Shown piece after piece: positions 8,278 through 10,906 of a DNA stretch of 10,906 nucleotides. Each line of letters opens with the position of its first letter. Within the stretch, counting starts at the first letter, position 1. Below the pieces are notes generated by a model that searched no databases, had not been told where the DNA came from, and worked only from the letters and a program-made list of their open reading frames with translations. The DNA is from a virus. Lineage: Duplodnaviria; Heunggongvirae; Uroviricota; Caudoviricetes. The position numbers were made by a program, and so were the translations under genes. The DNA is taken from the IMG/VR virus record IMGVR_UViG_2681813263_000008; one strand, given 5' to 3'.

Positions 8278-10906
8278 ATGGGAAAAGGTGGCGGTAAGGC
8301 ACACACGCCTCGTGAGGCGAAGGATAATCTCAAATCCACGCAGATGATGAGCGTGATTGATGCGATTGGTGAGGGACCGATAGAAGGTCCGGTGAAGGGA
8401 CTGCAGAGTATCCTGGTGAACAAAACCCCGCTGACGGACACGGACGGTAATCCCGTGATACACGGTGTGACGGCGGTCTGACGCGCCGGGGAGCAGGAGC
8501 AGACACCACCGGAAGGCTTTGAGTCCTCCGGTGCTGAAACCGGACTGGGCGTGGAAGTGACGAAGGCAAAACCGGTGACGCGCACCATTACGTCCGCGAA
8601 CATTGACCGCCTGCGGGTTACCTTCGGGGTGCAGTCACTGGTGCAGACCACGTCAAAGGGTGACCGAAACCCGACATCCGTCCGCCTGCTGATTCAGTTA
8701 CAGCGTAACGGTAACTGGGTGACAGAAAAGGATGTCACCATTAACGGCAAGACCACCTCGCAGTTTCTGGCGTCGGTGATTCTGGATAATCTGCCTCCCC
8801 GTCCTTTTAACATCCGGATGGTCCGGGAGACAGCGGACAGCACCACGGACCAGCTGCAGAATAAGACGCTGTGGTCGTCATACACCGAAATCATCGATGT
8901 GAAACAGTGCTACCCGAACACGGCCATTGTGGGGCTGCAGGTGGATGCGGAGCAGTTCGGCGGCCAGCAGATGACGGTGAACTACCATATCCGCGGTCGC
9001 ATCATCCAGGTGCCGTCAAACTATGACCCGGAAAAACGCACGTACAGTGGTATCTGGGACGGCAGCCTGAAACCGGCATACAGCAACAATCCGGCCTGGT
9101 GTCTGTGGGACATGCTGACTCACCCGCGCTACGGCATGGGAAAACGTCTGGGGGCGGCGGATGTGGACAAGTGGGCGCTGTATGCCATCGGGCAGTACTG
9201 CGACCAGACGGTCCCGGATGGTTTCGGGGAGACCGAGCCGCGGATGACCTTCAATGCGTACCTGGCACAACAGCGTAAGGCATGGGACGTGCTCAGTGAT
9301 TTCTGCTCGGCGATGCGCTGTATGCCGGTATGGAACGGCCAGACGCTGACGTTTGTTCAGGACCGCCCGTCGGATGTGGTGTGGCCGTACACCAACAGCG
9401 ATGTGGTGGTGGATGATAACGGCGTGGGTTTCCGCTACAGCTTCAGTGCCCTGAAGGACCGGCACACGGCGGTGGAGGTGAATTATACCGACCCGCAGAA
9501 CGGCTGGCAGACCTCCACGGAACTGGTGGAAGACCCGGAAGCCATACTGCGCTACGGACGCAACCTGCTGAAGATGGACGCGTTCGGCTGTACCAGCCGC
9601 GGTCAGGCCCACCGTGCCGGACTGTGGGTGATAAAGACCGAACTGCTGGAAACGCAGACGGTGGATTTCACGCTCGGGTCTCAGGGGCTGCGGCACACAC
9701 CCGGTGACATCATTGAAATCTGTGATAACGACTATGCCGGGACCCTGACCGGCGGACGTGTCCTGTCCATTGATGCTGCCACCCGCACTCTGACGCTGGA
9801 CCGTGAAGTGACACTTCCGGAGACCGGTGCCGCCACGGTGAACCTGATTAACGGCAGCGGTAAGCCGGTGAGTGTGGACATCACCGAACACCCCGCGCCG
9901 GACCGGATACAGGTCAGTACCCTGCCTGATGGTGTGGAGACATACGGGGTGTGGGGACTCTCCCTGCCGTCACTGCGCCGTCGCCTGTTCCGCTGTGTCT
10001 CCGTCCGGGAAAACACGGACGGCACCTTTGCCATCACGGCGGTGCAGCACGTACTGGAAAAAGAAGCCATCGTGGATAACGGTGCCCGCTTTGAGCCGCA
10101 GTCAGGTTCCCTGAACAGCGTCATCCCACCGGCAGTGCAGCACCTGACGGCCAGTATCTGGCGCAGGCGAAATGGGACACGCCGCGGGTGGTGAAGGGTG
10201 TGCGCTTCAGTCTGCGCCTGACCAGTGGTAAGGGAACGGATGCCAGACTGGTGACCACCGCCATCACCGCAGACACGGAGCACCGTTTCAGCGGCCTGCC
10301 GCTCGGGGAATACACCCTGACGGTGCGGGCGATAAACAGCTATGGCCAGCAGGGTGAACCTGCCACCACCACCTTCCGGATTGCCGCACCGGCAGCACCG
10401 TCGCGGATTGAGCTGACGTCGGGCTATTTTCAGATAACCGCAACGCCGCATCTTGCCGTTTATGACCCGACGGTACAGTTTGAGTTCTGGTTCTCGGAAA
10501 AGCGGATTGCGGATATCAGGCAGGTTGAAACCACAGCACGCTATCTTGGCACGGCGCTGTACTGGATAGCCGCCAGTATCAATATCAAACCGGGCCATGA
10601 TTATTATTTTTACGTTCGCAGTGTGAACACCGTTGGCAAATCGGCATTCGTGGAGGCTGTCGGTCGGGCGAGCGATGATGCGGAAGGTTACCTGGATTTT
10701 TTCAAAGGAGAGATAGGGAAAACACATCTGGCTCAGGAGCTGTGGACGCAGATTGATAACGGTCAGCTTGCGCCTGACCTGGCTGAAATCAGGACGTCCA
10801 TTACGGATGTCAGCAATGAAATCACGCAGACCGTCAATAAGAAACTGGAAGACCAGAGTGCGGCAATTCAGCAGATACAGAAGGTTCAGGTTGATACAAA
10901 TAATAA
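8278..10906 (+). pseudogene. J: host specificity / central tail fibre protein (lambda gpJ-like), 3'-truncated by window end; as written it is interrupted by an in-frame TGA (8479-8481) and a frameshift near 10152
   Basis: Three collinear J-like segments. (1) 8278-8478, frame 1: MGKGGGKAHTPREAKDNLKSTQMMSVIDAIGEGPIEGPVKGL...IHGVTAV, then TGA. (2) 8482-10191, same frame: RAGEQEQTPPEGFESSG...TRTITSANIDRLRVTFGVQ...KQCYPNTAIVGLQVD...PAWCLWDMLTHPRYGMGKRLGAADVDKWALY...CTSRGQAHRAGLW...PPAVQHLTA. (3) 10152-10906, frame 0, open to window end: [24 protein letters not shown]...[35 protein letters not shown]...[44 protein letters not shown].... AGGGGAAGG RBS precedes the ATG. The type could equally be CDS if the two lesions are sequencing errors. 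Confidence 0.8.

Noticed and set aside
8479-8481. The TGA in J as a selenocysteine codon or programmed read-through site
   Set aside because: There is no reason to expect selenoproteins or recoding in a structural tail-fibre gene, and every other gene in the operon uses TGA or TAA as an ordinary stop. A mutation or sequencing error is far more parsimonious. I could not scan for a SECIS-like element.
7488-8651. 387-aa minus-strand ORF and overlapping plus-strand ORFs (7513..8481, 7593..8297) across the 615-nt N-run
   Set aside because: These are kept open only by the N-run. The readable parts are antisense to or out of frame with I and J and show no protein-like composition.
8551-10194. ORF-track CDS starting at 8551 as an independent 547-aa gene
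   Set aside because: Its 'start' is a GTG inside the J reading frame. Upstream sequence in the same frame (8482-8550) is also J-homologous, so it is the continuation of J after the in-frame TGA, not a separate gene.
9016-10727. Minus-strand ORFs 9016..9891 (291 aa) and 9732..10727 (331 aa) inside J
   Set aside because: They are antisense to continuous, highly lambda-J-like coding sequence. Translations are Arg/His/Cys/Pro-rich and implausible as proteins.
1-10906. Promoters, terminators, att sites, integrase, tRNA or defence genes
   Set aside because: The lambdoid late operon is transcribed from a single promoter far upstream, and readable intergenic spacers are at most 13 nt. I found no convincing -35/-10 pair, no stem-loop with a U-tract, and no ORF resembling integrase or a defence protein. 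Without tools I cannot exclude weak internal signals.

Overview
This window is a lambda-like (lambdoid) siphophage tail-morphogenesis module, all on the + strand and collinear with phage lambda: 3' end of FII, then Z, U, V, G, the G-T -1 frameshift fusion, H (tape measure), M, L, K, I and most of J, which runs off the 3' end. Identification rests on reading the six-frame translations against lambda tail proteins recalled from memory; no search was run. Gene junctions are tightly packed (ATGA/TGATG overlaps, a 20-nt T/H overlap and a 103-nt K/I overlap), typical of a translationally coupled late operon, and the host is probably an enterobacterium. I see no integrase, att site, tRNA, CRISPR, defence or cargo/moron gene, and nothing that supports a novel biological system. 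The points worth a second look are sequence-integrity issues: (1) six runs of N (19-615 nt) sit inside H, M, L, K and I, and the flanking pieces of H, L and K are each offset by +1 in frame; (2) J carries an in-frame TGA at codon 68 and a separate frameshift near 10152. Either this is a degraded (cryptic) prophage tail module or the assembly is of low quality; the sequence alone cannot distinguish these.
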